Assembly (NCBI GenBank): GCA_039028615.1
Contig: JBCCHT010000002.1
Coordinates: forward strand, 32,001 to 96,000
DNA length: 64,000 bases
From: Myxococcota bacterium
Lineage (GTDB): Bacteria; Myxococcota_A; Polyangia; Nannocystales; Nannocystaceae
Direction of reading: 5' to 3'
In this document: positions 1-9,685 of the stretch, piece by piece
Layout of the letters: the number at the start of each line of letters is the position of its first letter
How positions within the stretch are numbered: the first letter of the stretch is position 1
Notes under the pieces: generated by a model
Seen by the model: only the letters and a program-made list of their open reading frames with translations
What the model was told of the DNA's origin: nothing
Database searches by the model: none
Position numbers and translations under genes: made by a program

Positions 1-115
1 AGCGTCCGCCTGCCATGGCCCGCGACATGGCCGGAGTGTATCGTAGCCGGGGGCTGCCAACGGCAGAGCGTCCCACGGCGCTCGTCCCGACCCCCAGCGG
101 CCCCAGGAGCGAGCC

Positions 116-403
116 ATGTTCGAAGCGATCTACGAGGGCAAGGTCATCGCGCGCAGCGACGAGACGCGCGTGGTCGAGGGCAACCACTACTTCCCGCCGC
201 AGTCCCTGGTCCGCGAGCACTTCAGCGACAGCGAGACCCATACCGTGTGCGGCTGGAAGGGTACTGCGAGCTATTTCAACGTGGAGGTCGACGGCCACCG
301 CAACCCGGACGCGGCCTGGTACTACCCCTCGCCCAAGGCGGCGGCGGCCGAGATCAAGGACTACGTGGCATTTTGGCGCGGCGTCCAGGTCCGCGAGACC
401 TAG
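116..403 (+). CDS. DUF427 domain protein
   Basis: 95 aa with VEGNHYFP, TVCGWKGTASYF and DAAWYYPSP motifs typical of DUF427; AGGAG RBS upstream. Confidence 0.9.
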   Translation: MFEAIYEGKVIARSDETRVVEGNHYFPPQSLVREHFSDSETHTVCGWKGTASYFNVEVDGHRNPDAAWYYPSPKAAAAEIKDYVAFWRGVQVRET

Positions 404-546
404 AGCCGGCACGAAGTGTCGCGGGTGGCCCCCAAGGGGCCGACAGAATCCGGGCTTTGCGCGTCCGCGCCATGACCGGCCACGATCCAGGGAACATCAG
501 CCAGCGGGCTTGTGTTGGCCGCAGCATTTGGCGTATCCCCAAATGC

Positions 547-2328
547 ATGTTGCGGTCTCCTAAGCTTCTCACCGTTGTCGCCTTGGCTTGGCCTCTCGTG
601 CCGTTTGCGGGTTGTTCTTCCGATGACGCCCCGGTCACTTCGACCTCTTTCGGAGACCCGATGGGCACCACCACCACCGGGGTGGACACCCCCGACGACG
701 ACACGACCGACGGCTTGGGAGGCACCACGGAGGTCGGCGGCGTGACTTCGGAGACCGAGGGCGCCGACACCACCGAGGGCGACGAGGAGACCGAGGGCGA
801 GGACGACACCACCGAGGGCGACGACACCTCGGGCGGGACGACCGACGCCTGCGGCGAGATGGACGAGCCCGACATCAACGGGCTCGACGAGAACGACGAC
901 GGCATCGACGGCGTGGCCGGGTGCTCGGTCTTCGTCAACGCGCTGACGGGCAGCGACCTCAACGACGGCACCTCGCTCGACGAGCCGGTCGCCTCCATCA
1001 CCCGGGGCATCGAGATCGCAGCGACCTTCTCCCCGCCGCGCCCCGTGCTGGTGGCCGAGGGGACCTACACCGAGACGGTCAACCTCGACTCGGGCGTCAG
1101 CGTCTACGGCGGCTACGACGACCAGAGCTGGGACCGCGAGATCTTCCTGAACGAGACCATCATCGAGGCCACCGAGTTCCGCGGCCTGGTGGCGATCAAC
1201 CTGACCGAGGCGGTCGAGGTCGACGGCATGACCATTCGCGGGTCCGACTTCACCGACGGGGGCGAGTCCACCTACGCGGTGTGGGTCCGCGACACGCCCG
1301 AAGGCCTGCTGACGCTCGATTACTGCACGGTCGAGGCCGGCAACGCGGGCGCGGGTGACGACGGTGGCGACGGCGTCGCGGGAGAAGACGGCGGCGGTGG
1401 TGGCAACGGCATGTCCAGCGGTGCCCCCGGTGCGGGCGGAGCCTCGGGCTGCGGCGCCACCGGTGGCGTGGGCGGACAGGGCTCGGCCTGCCCCTCCACC
1501 TCGGGCGGCAACGGCTCGGCCGGCGGCTCTCCGACCACGATCGGCACGGGAGGAGCGCCCGGCAACAGCCACTGCGGCGACGCGTGCGGTGACGAGGGCA
1601 CCAACGGGGTCGGCGGCATCGCGGGCTCGGTGGGCGTCAACGGCCAGGGTGGCATGACCTCCGGCGACGCCGACGGTGAGTTCGGCGGCGACGGTCTTTG
1701 GGTTCCCCCGGCGGGATCCGACCCCACCCCCGGTGACAACGGCTCGGGTGGCGGCGGCGGTGGTGCTGGCGGCTACGACGACGACACCGACTTCGGCTGC
1801 GTGATCACCTTCTCCGATGGCTTCGGCCTCGGTGGCGGTGGCGGTGGCGGTGGTGCGGGTGGCTGCGGCGGTGAAGCGGGCGGCAGCGGAACCCCGGGCG
1901 GCGGCTCGTTCTGCATCACCGCGATCAATTCCAGCATCGAGGTCTCCAACACCGACCTGTTCCTCGGCACGGGCGGCAACGGTGGCAACGGCGGCGACGG
2001 TGGCGACGGCGGCATTCCGGGCGGCATCGGCAACGGCGCGACGGGTACCGACAACGGGGGCGAGCCGGGCAACGGCAACAACGGCGGCCCCGGCGGCGGC
2101 GGTGGCGGTGGCGGTGGCGGACAGGGCGGCTGTGCCGGCTCGGCCATCGGTATCGCGACGGTCGGCGGTGCGACGGTCGGCATCGCGAACGTCAGCTTCA
2201 ACGGTGGCTCGGCGGGCTCGCCGGGCGTCGGAGGCATCGGCGGCATTCGGGCCGACGGCGTGGGCCTGAACGCGCCCTCGGGCGACGACGGCTGCGACGG
2301 GGTCGTGGCCGACGAGCGCGACTACTAG
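547..2328 (+). CDS. Secreted glycine-rich lipoprotein (acidic Thr/Asp linker, DUF1565-like/beta-helix domain, long Gly-rich C-terminus)
   Basis: In-frame ATG at 547 gives a signal peptide with lipobox FAGC; VFVNALTGSDLNDGT..PVASITRGI motif; GGxGGxGG repeats. Confidence 0.75.
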   Translation: MLRSPKLLTVVALAWPLVPFAGCSSDDAPVTSTSFGDPMGTTTTGVDTPDDDTTDGLGGTTEVGGVTSETEGADTTEGDEETEGEDDTTEGDDTSGGTTDACGEMDEPDINGLDENDDGIDGVAGCSVFVNALTGSDLNDGTSLDEPVASITRGIEIAATFSPPRPVLVAEGTYTETVNLDSGVSVYGGYDDQSWDREIFLNETIIEATEFRGLVAINLTEAVEVDGMTIRGSDFTDGGESTYAVWVRDTPEGLLTLDYCTVEAGNAGAGDDGGDGVAGEDGGGGGNGMSSGAPGAGGASGCGATGGVGGQGSACPSTSGGNGSAGGSPTTIGTGGAPGNSHCGDACGDEGTNGVGGIAGSVGVNGQGGMTSGDADGEFGGDGLWVPPAGSDPTPGDNGSGGGGGGAGGYDDDTDFGCVITFSDGFGLGGGGGGGGAGGCGGEAGGSGTPGGGSFCITAINSSIEVSNTDLFLGTGGNGGNGGDGGDGGIPGGIGNGATGTDNGGEPGNGNNGGPGGGGGGGGGGQGGCAGSAIGIATVGGATVGIANVSFNGGSAGSPGVGGIGGIRADGVGLNAPSGDDGCDGVVADERDY

Positions 2329-2341
2329 GCCGCACTCGCGC

Positions 2342-2390
2342 CCAACGACGGAGGGTCGGAGCCACCATGGCTTCGGCCCTTTTTCGTTGG
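2342..2390. terminator. Intrinsic terminator hairpin between convergent genes
   Basis: agggtcggagcca-cca-tggcttcggccct stem followed by a T run; outer ccaacga/tcgttgg arms also pair. Confidence 0.7.
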
Positions 2391-2398
2391 ACGCCGCC

Positions 2399-3160
2399 TC
2401 AGTCGTTCACCGTGTTGGCGAACGCGCTCGGGCTCTTGCCCACCACCGTCTTGAAGTCGCGGGCGAGGTGGGCCTGGTCGGTGTAGCCGAGGTCGGCCGC
2501 CAGTGCGGCCAGCGACGTGGTCTCGCCGCGCTCGAGCCGTAGCGCCACCTCCTGCAGGCGATTGCGACGGATTACCCACTTGGGTGAGGCGCCCACGTAG
2601 TCGCGAAACAACCGCTGCAGCGCCCGCACGCCGAGTCCTGCCACCTTCGACAACGCCTCCACGGTGATGATCTCGCCGTCGCTCGCGATGCGGTCGACCA
2701 GCGCCACCGCCAGGCTCACCTGCGAATCGTCGCGCCGCTGCTGCCTCAGCCATTCCTCGAAGCAGGCCAGCCCGACGCTATCGTCCTCGGGCTCCATCGT
2801 CGCGGCCTCGATGCCGTCCTCCTCGCTGGGGAGCACGTCGGAGATGGGGAGGATGGTGTTGCTCAGCGTGTGAGCGGAGCGCTCCACGAAGGCCCGCACC
2901 GCGCCCGCCCGCAGCTTCACACCGCGCACTCGCCCACGACCGGCGAGCGTGCGGGACCACAGCCGCGTCCACACGCCGACCACGCGAGCGCCGATCTGGT
3001 CCGAGTCGCCGCGCTCGAACACGAAGTGCACGCAGGGGTCGCCGAGCAGCTCGGTGGTGTGCGAAGGCTGCCCGCGCAGGTCCCACTCGCCGACCCAGAA
3101 CGAGGCGACCACGTCGGCCAGGTCCTCGCTGGGCACATAGGTCCGAGCATTGACGCGCAT
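2399..3160 (-). CDS. AraC family transcriptional regulator
   Basis: C-terminal HTH (RALQRLFRDYVGASPK...LGYTDQAHLARDFK); start approximate. Confidence 0.9.
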   Translation of the reverse strand: MRVNARTYVPSEDLADVVASFWVGEWDLRGQPSHTTELLGDPCVHFVFERGDSDQIGARVVGVWTRLWSRTLAGRGRVRGVKLRAGAVRAFVERSAHTLSNTILPISDVLPSEEDGIEAATMEPEDDSVGLACFEEWLRQQRRDDSQVSLAVALVDRIASDGEIITVEALSKVAGLGVRALQRLFRDYVGASPKWVIRRNRLQEVALRLERGETTSLAALAADLGYTDQAHLARDFKTVVGKSPSAFANTVND

Positions 3161-3277
3161 ACCGCTGGTCCGCCCCGACACCAACCCACGGACCCTCCCC
3201 TGCCCGGTGGGTCGCGTTTGTACAAGTCGCTTGGGCTTCGCCACGGCTATACCTCCTCCCACCAGGGAGCGAACGCG

Positions 3278-3658
3278 ATGAGCAACGTCCTAGTCAAGAG
3301 TATCGAGGAGATCGAGGCCTACGAGGGCCCCCACGCCATCCAAGGCATCCGCTTTCGACCCGCCCGCCAGGCGCTGGGGGTGACGTCGTGGGGCATGAAC
3401 GTGCTCGAGCTGGATCCGGACTGCGAGGGCTACCCCGAGCACGACCACGCCACCGAGGGCCACGAGGAGGTCTACGTGGTGCTGCGAGGCTCGCTGGTGC
3501 TGCGGACCCCGGAGAGCGAGCAGTCGCTGACCGCGGGGCAGCTGGTGCGCGTGGCCCCCGAGCTCAAGCGCAAGTTCGTGACCAAGGACGAGGGCGCCAC
3601 CCTGCTCGCGTTGGGCGGGACCCCGGGGCAGGCGTACCAGCCCGCCATGGGCGGCTAG
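3278..3658 (+). CDS. Cupin domain protein
   Basis: EHDH..GHEEVYVVLRG cupin motif; GGGAG RBS; divergent from the AraC gene. Confidence 0.85.
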   Translation: MSNVLVKSIEEIEAYEGPHAIQGIRFRPARQALGVTSWGMNVLELDPDCEGYPEHDHATEGHEEVYVVLRGSLVLRTPESEQSLTAGQLVRVAPELKRKFVTKDEGATLLALGGTPGQAYQPAMGG

Positions 3659-3675
3659 CCTTCGTATACTCGGGC

Positions 3676-4404
3676 GTGCCTCGAGGACCCCAACCGGCCG
3701 ATCCGGGCCTGTTCGGCGCAAAACAAACGCCGAAGCTACGGCAGGCCCTCGCGGAGCTGGCCTGGCTGCTGTCTCGGGGCTACGTCCTCAACTCGAGCCT
3801 CAAGCTCGTCGGCGATCGACACAGCCTCGTGGCACGGCAGCGCGAGGCGCTATCACGGGCCGCCTGCACCGACGCCGAGCGCTCCGAGCGTGCGAACAAA
3901 CGCCGAGGCGTCGAGACCCTGAGCGGAGCCGCGATCGGGATCGATGCCTTCAACCTCGTCATCACCGTCGAGAGCGCGATGGCGGGCGGGGTGCTCGTAC
4001 GAGGTCGCGACGGGGCGCTCCGCGACTTGGCCTCGGTGCACGGGTCCTATCGCCGGGCCGAGCACACCCATGCCGCCATCGATGCCGTCGCGACCCGCCT
4101 CGACGCGCACGGGGTCGCAGAAGCGCACTGGTTGCTCGACCGCCCCGTGTCCAACAGCGGGCGACTCGCGGGGTGGATCCGAGACGTGGGCGAGCGAGCC
4201 GATCGGCGCTGGACGGTAGAGCTGGTCGACAACCCGGACCGCGTGCTGATCGACGGCACCGTGCCCGTGGTCTCCTCCGATGCGTGGGTCATCTCCAGCG
4301 CGGGGGCGTGGATCGACCTGGTCTCCGACGTGATCGAGCACTGCGTCGACGACCCGTGGATCGTCGACTTGAGCCGGCCGCCTACGCCAAGTGCTCGCGA
4401 ATGA
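3676..4404 (+). CDS. DUF434 domain protein (PIN/NYN-like C-terminal part)
   Basis: LAWLLSRGY..SLKLVGDRH, IDAFNLVIT, GRDGALRDLA and LDRPVSNSG motifs; GTG start inferred. Confidence 0.8.
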   Translation: MPRGPQPADPGLFGAKQTPKLRQALAELAWLLSRGYVLNSSLKLVGDRHSLVARQREALSRAACTDAERSERANKRRGVETLSGAAIGIDAFNLVITVESAMAGGVLVRGRDGALRDLASVHGSYRRAEHTHAAIDAVATRLDAHGVAEAHWLLDRPVSNSGRLAGWIRDVGERADRRWTVELVDNPDRVLIDGTVPVVSSDAWVISSAGAWIDLVSDVIEHCVDDPWIVDLSRPPTPSARE

Positions 4405-5233
4405 GCTCGAGCAGCGCCTCGGGGCGCTCCTCGGCCACCGCGTGCCCGCAGCCCTCCACCACCTTCAGCTCGGCATCGGGCAGCAGCTCGACCAAGCCCT
4501 CGGCGGTCTCGACCGGCATCAGCGAGTCGCGATCACCCCAGACCACGGTGGTGGGCACGGGCACCCGGGCCACGCGGTCGCGCAGCGAGTCGAGCGAGGC
4601 CATCTGCAGCAGCATGGCGTAGGCCGCCTCGCGACCGCCGTGCCGCGCGAGTCGATCCCAGTAGACGTCGACCGCCCGCTCTTCGATGAGCTCCGGGGTG
4701 GAGAACACCGTCGTTAGGTAGCGGTGCAGGTCGGCCCGGCGATACAGCTGCGTGAACAGCAGCGGGCCGAGCCGAGGCAGCAGCGCCATGCGGCCCTCGA
4801 GCGGCAGCTCCATGGTGGAGGTCACCGCGTCGACCAACATCAGGCGTCGCACGAGCCGGGGCTCGCTGGTCGCGGCCACCACCGCCACCGCCCCGCCGAA
4901 GCTGTGCGCCAGGAGGTCGTGCTCGCTCACCCCCAGCGCGCCGAGCGTCTCGTAGACCCGGGCCGCGATCCACGACAGCGCGTAGTCCCCCGCGGCATGG
5001 GGCGGCGGCCGATCGCTCTCGCCACAGCCGGGAAAGTCGATGGCGATGACCCGACGCGTGGCGGCCAGCGGATCGATGATGTGCCGGAACGCGTGATGGG
5101 TGACCAGCAGGCCGTGCAGCAACACCAGGGGCGGCTGCTCGCCGTCGAGCGGGCCGCGATCGATGACATAGACCCGCCCGCCTTCGGTGGGCACCAGGCG
5201 CGAGCGATCGGGCGGGAGCGTCGAGGCGCTCAT
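4382..5233 (-). CDS. Alpha/beta fold hydrolase
   Basis: LLHG oxyanion motif, DFPGCGES, nucleophile AHSFGG, WGDRD acid, GH catalytic His; ATGA overlap with ptsI stop. Confidence 0.9.
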   Translation of the reverse strand: MSASTLPPDRSRLVPTEGGRVYVIDRGPLDGEQPPLVLLHGLLVTHHAFRHIIDPLAATRRVIAIDFPGCGESDRPPPHAAGDYALSWIAARVYETLGALGVSEHDLLAHSFGGAVAVVAATSEPRLVRRLMLVDAVTSTMELPLEGRMALLPRLGPLLFTQLYRRADLHRYLTTVFSTPELIEERAVDVYWDRLARHGGREAAYAMLLQMASLDSLRDRVARVPVPTTVVWGDRDSLMPVETAEGLVELLPDAELKVVEGCGHAVAEERPEALLELIREHLA

Positions 5234-7050
5234 GACCGCTGCCCCCGCTCGACCAGCCAGGGCTGACCGCCGCCATGCTCGAGGTGCTCGGGGAAGCGCT
5301 CGGACATGACGCTGAGCACCAGGCGCTCGGCCTCGTCCACGTCGGGCGCGGCGAGGACTCGCTCGGCCAGCGCTTCCATCTCCTGGATGTCGGAGCTGCG
5401 GATGATGTTCTTGATCACGGGGATGGCCGAAGGATGCATGCTCAGCTCGCGAACACCAAGGCCCACCAACACCCATGTGAATCGGGGGTCGGCGGCCATC
5501 TCTCCGCACAGGCTCACGGGGACGCCCTGCTCCTTGCCCACGGCGGCGATGCTCTGGACCAGGCGCAGCACGGCCGGGTGCAGGGGTCGATACAGGTAGC
5601 CGACGTGGTCGTTGTCGCGATCGATCGCCAGCGTGTACTGGATCAGATCGTTCGTCCCGATGCTCATGAAATCGACGTGGGGCGCGAGACGATCGGCGAT
5701 GAGGGCCGCGGACGGCATCTCGATCATCGTGCCCACGGGGACGTCCTGGGCGTGGGCGATGCGAGCGTCCTCGAGCTGACGGCGGGCCTCGGCCACCGCG
5801 TCGAAGGCCTCGCGGAGCTCACTGACCCCGCTGATGAGCGGCATCATGATTCGCAGAGGCCCGTGCACCGCCGCCCGCAAGAGGCCACGGATCTGCGCCA
5901 GGAACATCTCGCGCTCGCGCAGCGCCAGCCGCAGCGAGCGAAGTCCCATCGCCGGATTGCGCTCGCGCTCGTTGAAGTTGATGAGCTTGGTGGGCTTGTC
6001 CGAGCCGAGGTCGAAGGTCCGAAACACCACGGGATAGGGCGCGACGCGGCGCAGCACCATCTTGGCGAGGCGATAGTGCTCCTCCTCGGTGGGCGGCACG
6101 TCGCGCTCCATGAACATGAACTCGGTGCGATAAAGGCCCACGCCTTCCGCCCCGTGGAACAGGGCGGAGCCGATCTCGGCCTCGAGCGCCACATTGGCCC
6201 GCAGGGTGATGTGGGTGCCGTCGCGAGCGGTGGCGGGCAGGCCGTGCTCGCGCTGCACCCGGTCCTCGAACTGCTCGTAGCGGTCGCGAATCTCCTCCCA
6301 CTGGGCGAGCTCGGCCGGCCGCGGGCGCACCACCACCACGCCGTGAATCGCGTCGACGATGACCGTGTCACCGTCCTGCACGGTGGCGTCGATGTCGTCG
6401 ATGCCGACCACCGCCGGGATTTCCATCGAGCGAGCAATGATCGCGCTATGGGAGGTCTGGCCGCCGCCGGCCATCACCATGCCCACCACCTCGGTGCGCG
6501 CCAGCTCGGCCGTGTCGGCGGGCGACAGGTCGTGGGCCACCACCACCGCCCCGGCCGGCGGCCGAATCTGCTCCGGGTGCTCGCCTCGCAGCGTCAGCAG
6601 CACGCGATCGGCCAGGAAGGTGATGTCGCTGCTGCGCTCGCGGAAGTACTGGTCGTCGGCCCGCTGCAGGGTGGCCACGATCTCGTCGGTGGCCTTCGCC
6701 AGCGCCCACTCGGCGCAGAGCTGGGCCTCGCGGATCGTCTGCTCCACGCCCCCGGTCAGGTCGGGGTCGCGCAGCATGAGCTGCTGCGCCTTGAGGATCT
6801 GGCGGTGCTCACCGTGGGGCAGCCGCGACTTGATCTGCTCGAGCTGGGCCTGGGTCTCGCGCAGCGCCTTGCGAAAGCGCCGAACCTCGGCATCGAGCTC
6901 GGTCTTGTCGACCGTGCGGTGCGGGACGTGAATCCTTCGCCGGTCGACGACGTAGGCCGGCCCGATGGCGACGCCAGGGCTGGCCGCGATGCCGGTACGC
7001 TGGTCCCTGCCGCTCCCGTCGTCGCGTCGTTCGTCGGGCGACTTGCTCAC
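5230..7050 (-). CDS. ptsI: Phosphoenolpyruvate-protein phosphotransferase (PTS enzyme I)
   Basis: TSHSAI phospho-His, GVGLYRTEF, SIGTNDLIQY, CGEMAAD; no N-terminal GAF domain. Confidence 0.96.
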   Translation of the reverse strand: MSKSPDERRDDGSGRDQRTGIAASPGVAIGPAYVVDRRRIHVPHRTVDKTELDAEVRRFRKALRETQAQLEQIKSRLPHGEHRQILKAQQLMLRDPDLTGGVEQTIREAQLCAEWALAKATDEIVATLQRADDQYFRERSSDITFLADRVLLTLRGEHPEQIRPPAGAVVVAHDLSPADTAELARTEVVGMVMAGGGQTSHSAIIARSMEIPAVVGIDDIDATVQDGDTVIVDAIHGVVVVRPRPAELAQWEEIRDRYEQFEDRVQREHGLPATARDGTHITLRANVALEAEIGSALFHGAEGVGLYRTEFMFMERDVPPTEEEHYRLAKMVLRRVAPYPVVFRTFDLGSDKPTKLINFNERERNPAMGLRSLRLALREREMFLAQIRGLLRAAVHGPLRIMMPLISGVSELREAFDAVAEARRQLEDARIAHAQDVPVGTMIEMPSAALIADRLAPHVDFMSIGTNDLIQYTLAIDRDNDHVGYLYRPLHPAVLRLVQSIAAVGKEQGVPVSLCGEMAADPRFTWVLVGLGVRELSMHPSAIPVIKNIIRSSDIQEMEALAERVLAAPDVDEAERLVLSVMSERFPEHLEHGGGQPWLVERGQRS

Positions 7051-7322
7051 ATCTCCCCGAAACCGTCACGCACCAGGTCGCCAATGGCCTTGTAGGCCTC
7101 GGCCCCCTGCGGCCCGTCGCAGCGCACGTGGATCGTGCTGCCCTTGGCGCAGGCGAGCATCAGCACCCCGAGGATGCTCTTGCCGTTGACCTCGCGCCCC
7201 TCGTGCGCCACGAACACGCCCGCATCGTAGGAGTTGGCGACCTTGACCAGCTTGCTGGCGGCCCGAGCATGCAATCCCAGGTCGTTGATGATGTCGAGAT
7301 CACCTTCGGTTTCGTTGCTCAT
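7047..7322 (-). CDS. ptsH: HPr family phosphocarrier
   Basis: GLHARAA (His15) and NGKSILG (Ser46) motifs. Confidence 0.95.
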   Translation of the reverse strand: MSNETEGDLDIINDLGLHARAASKLVKVANSYDAGVFVAHEGREVNGKSILGVLMLACAKGSTIHVRCDGPQGAEAYKAIGDLVRDGFGEM

Positions 7323-7325
7323 GAT

Positions 7326-7745
7326 TCAGGTCTCCGATCCCTTGCTCTTGATCTGTACCGCCCGACGACCCGAGTCGGCACAGGCTTCCGCGATGGCCGG
7401 AAGCTCCAGGGTGCCGCGATCGAGAGCCGCGAGCTTGAGCAGGATGGCGAGGTTGAGTCCGCTCAGGGTGGTCACCCGGCGGCTACCCGCCTGCAGCTGA
7501 GCGCAGCTGCAGGGGCTGGCGCCCCACAGGTCGACCACCACCAGCACACCGCGCCCGGCATCGGCCTGCTCGAGCACGTCGCACAGCTCTTCGCCCAGCC
7601 GCGGGGTCTCGCCCCGACCCGCGTCGACGGCGATGATGCCTCCCAGCGCGTCGGGGCCCACGATGCCCTCGGCGGCCGCGAGCAGCTCGCTCGCGGTGCG
7701 CCCGTGGCCCACCAGCACCACCCCGACCTCGGCTGCGTCGGTCAC
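7326..7745 (-). CDS. PTS EIIA component, mannose/fructose (Man) type
   Basis: VVLVGHG, VDLWGASP and SGLNLAILL motifs. Confidence 0.88.
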   Translation of the reverse strand: MTDAAEVGVVLVGHGRTASELLAAAEGIVGPDALGGIIAVDAGRGETPRLGEELCDVLEQADAGRGVLVVVDLWGASPCSCAQLQAGSRRVTTLSGLNLAILLKLAALDRGTLELPAIAEACADSGRRAVQIKSKGSET

Positions 7746-8605
7746 GGGGTCGTCCCCACGTCGCGGTGTCGAACGAGCAGGCGCGCGGGCCAGTCTCCGT
7801 CCTTGGGCGGCACGTCGAGCCGTTTCTTGAGCGCCTCGACCAGCGCCACCGAGCGGTGCTGCCCGCCCGTGCAGCCCACGGCCACGGTGAGATACGAGCG
7901 GCCTTCGGCCACGACCCGCGGGACCATGAAGCGCACCAGCGACTCGGCCCGCTCGAGCAGAGCGGTCGCGTCGTCTTGCTCGAGCACGTAGCGCGAGACG
8001 GGCTCGTGCAGCCCGGACAGCGGCCGCAGCTCGTCGACCTCGAAGGGGTTGCGCAAGAACCTCGCGTCGAGCACGAGGTCGGCCTCGGGGGGCACGCCGC
8101 CGCGGAAGCCGAACGAGACCAGCGCCACCCGCAGACGACCCCGGCTCCCGCCGCCGTAGCGATCGCGGGCCAGCTGTCGCAGCTGCCGGGCGTTGAGCTG
8201 GGTGGTGTCGATGGTCAGCGCCGCCTTGGCGCGAATGGGCGCCAACAGCTCGCGCTCGCGATCGATCGCGTCGGGCAGCTGCCCCATCGGGTGCAGGCGC
8301 CGCGTGGTGGAGTAGCGCCGCACCAGCGCGGAGTTGCCCGCCTCGACGAAGAGCACCTCGACCCGCAGCCCGCCTTCGACCAGCTCGCGGTGAACGTCGG
8401 CGAAGCGCGCGAGATACTGCTGATCGCGAGCGTCGATGCCCACCGCGACCGGGCGCGAGTCGTCGGAGCTCCGCACCATCTGCACGAGCTGAGGAACCAG
8501 AGGCACGGGCACGTTGTCCGTGCAGTGCATTCCCACATCTTCCAGAGCGCGCAGCACGGTGGACTTGCCACCGCCGCTGAGGCCCGAGACCACGAGCAAG
8601 TCCAT
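7742..8605 (-). CDS. rapZ: RNase adapter / P-loop protein RapZ (YvcJ family)
   Basis: GLSGGGKS P-loop, SFGF, DARFLRNP, GCTGGQHRSV. Confidence 0.95.
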   Translation of the reverse strand: MDLLVVSGLSGGGKSTVLRALEDVGMHCTDNVPVPLVPQLVQMVRSSDDSRPVAVGIDARDQQYLARFADVHRELVEGGLRVEVLFVEAGNSALVRRYSTTRRLHPMGQLPDAIDRERELLAPIRAKAALTIDTTQLNARQLRQLARDRYGGGSRGRLRVALVSFGFRGGVPPEADLVLDARFLRNPFEVDELRPLSGLHEPVSRYVLEQDDATALLERAESLVRFMVPRVVAEGRSYLTVAVGCTGGQHRSVALVEALKKRLDVPPKDGDWPARLLVRHRDVGTTP

Positions 8606-9625
8606 TTACTCGACCTCCGTCACAAGGATTGCCTGGCTTGTACTACGGGACACGGACTCGGGCACGTCGCCCTGCACATCGCCCAGGCGGGCCTTGATTC
8701 GGGCGTTGACCTTGTCTTGGAAGGCCCGGGCCGAGTCGTGGCCGCGGAACTTGAGCAGCTGGTTGCGGGCCACCACCTCGATGAGCGAGGCGATGTTGCG
8801 GCCCGGTCGCAGGGGAATGCGCACCAGCGGGATGTCGACCGAGAGGATCGGCCACACCTGGGCCTCGGTGCCGAGGCGATCGTAATCGCCCTCCTCGACG
8901 TCGGACAGCTCGACCACCACCTCGATCTTCTTGGTGTCGCGGACCGCCGCGACGCCGAACAAGTGCGTGATGTTCAAGATCCCCATGCCGCGGATCTCCA
9001 TGTGGTGCTGGTGTAGATCGGTGGCCGCTCCCCAGACGGTGTCGGGGGGCCGCACGGTGACCTCGACCAGGTCGTCGGCCACGAGGCGGTGCCCCTTGAG
9101 CACCAGGTCGAGCGCGGCCTCGCTCTTGCCCACGCCGCTGCGCCCGATGAGCAACAACCCCACGCCGAGCACGTCGACCAGCACGCCGTGGATGTTCGCC
9201 GTGGGCGACAGCAGGTCCTCGAGCACCCGGGTGACCCGCGAGATGAACGTGGAGGTCATCAGGGTCGTGCCGAGCACGGGGATCTCGTGCCGCTTCGCCG
9301 CCTCGAGCAGCATCTCGGGCGGCTCGAGGCCACGGGTGACCACCATCGCGCACACGCCCTTGGCCGCGAACGCCTCGAGCCCCGCCTCGACCTGCTCGGC
9401 CGGCGTGGACAGGATGTAGTCGATCTCCGTCAGCCCCAGCACCTGGAGCCGGTCGGAGTACACGTGCTTGACGAAGCCGCTGAGAGCGAGCCCCGGTTTT
9501 TGGATGCGGGGGCGTGCGATGGAGCGATCGTGGCCGCCCCAGGTCGAGAACTCACTCAGACCTAGCGCGGCGCTGTCATTGCTCTGGAGCAGCTTCCCGA
9601 CGTCGACCGACAGTTCCCTGCGCAT
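8606..9625 (-). CDS. hprK: HPr kinase/phosphorylase
   Basis: HGVLV, GRSGVGKSE, LVADD, EIRGMGI, PGRN motifs. Confidence 0.95.
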   Translation of the reverse strand: MRRELSVDVGKLLQSNDSAALGLSEFSTWGGHDRSIARPRIQKPGLALSGFVKHVYSDRLQVLGLTEIDYILSTPAEQVEAGLEAFAAKGVCAMVVTRGLEPPEMLLEAAKRHEIPVLGTTLMTSTFISRVTRVLEDLLSPTANIHGVLVDVLGVGLLLIGRSGVGKSEAALDLVLKGHRLVADDLVEVTVRPPDTVWGAATDLHQHHMEIRGMGILNITHLFGVAAVRDTKKIEVVVELSDVEEGDYDRLGTEAQVWPILSVDIPLVRIPLRPGRNIASLIEVVARNQLLKFRGHDSARAFQDKVNARIKARLGDVQGDVPESVSRSTSQAILVTEVE

Positions 9626-9685
9626 TGTCTTCGCCTTCGCCTGTTCGCAGTGGGGGTCCGTGCGGCGGCCGTCGGTGAGCGAGCC

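Noticed and set aside
247..546. ORF-track 5' extensions (also rpoZ to 15614, purB to 31469, ogt from 50674, btuD from 21189)
   Set aside because: They overlap neighbouring genes; downstream starts fit family N-termini, signal peptides or stop/start coupling
524..546. 8-bp inverted repeat gcatttgg/ccaaatgc just before the ATG at 547
   Set aside because: Short, single instance, no regulator to assign
1340..2300. PE-PGRS assignment or DNA repeat array
   Set aside because: No PE domain; GGC richness is explained by glycine codons
5275..7095. Long antisense ORFs (also 9650-11254, 13158-15461, 24037-26382, 32228-34033, 33949-35739)
   Set aside because: They mirror well-supported genes on the other strand, have no motifs, and are expected shadows in high-GC DNA
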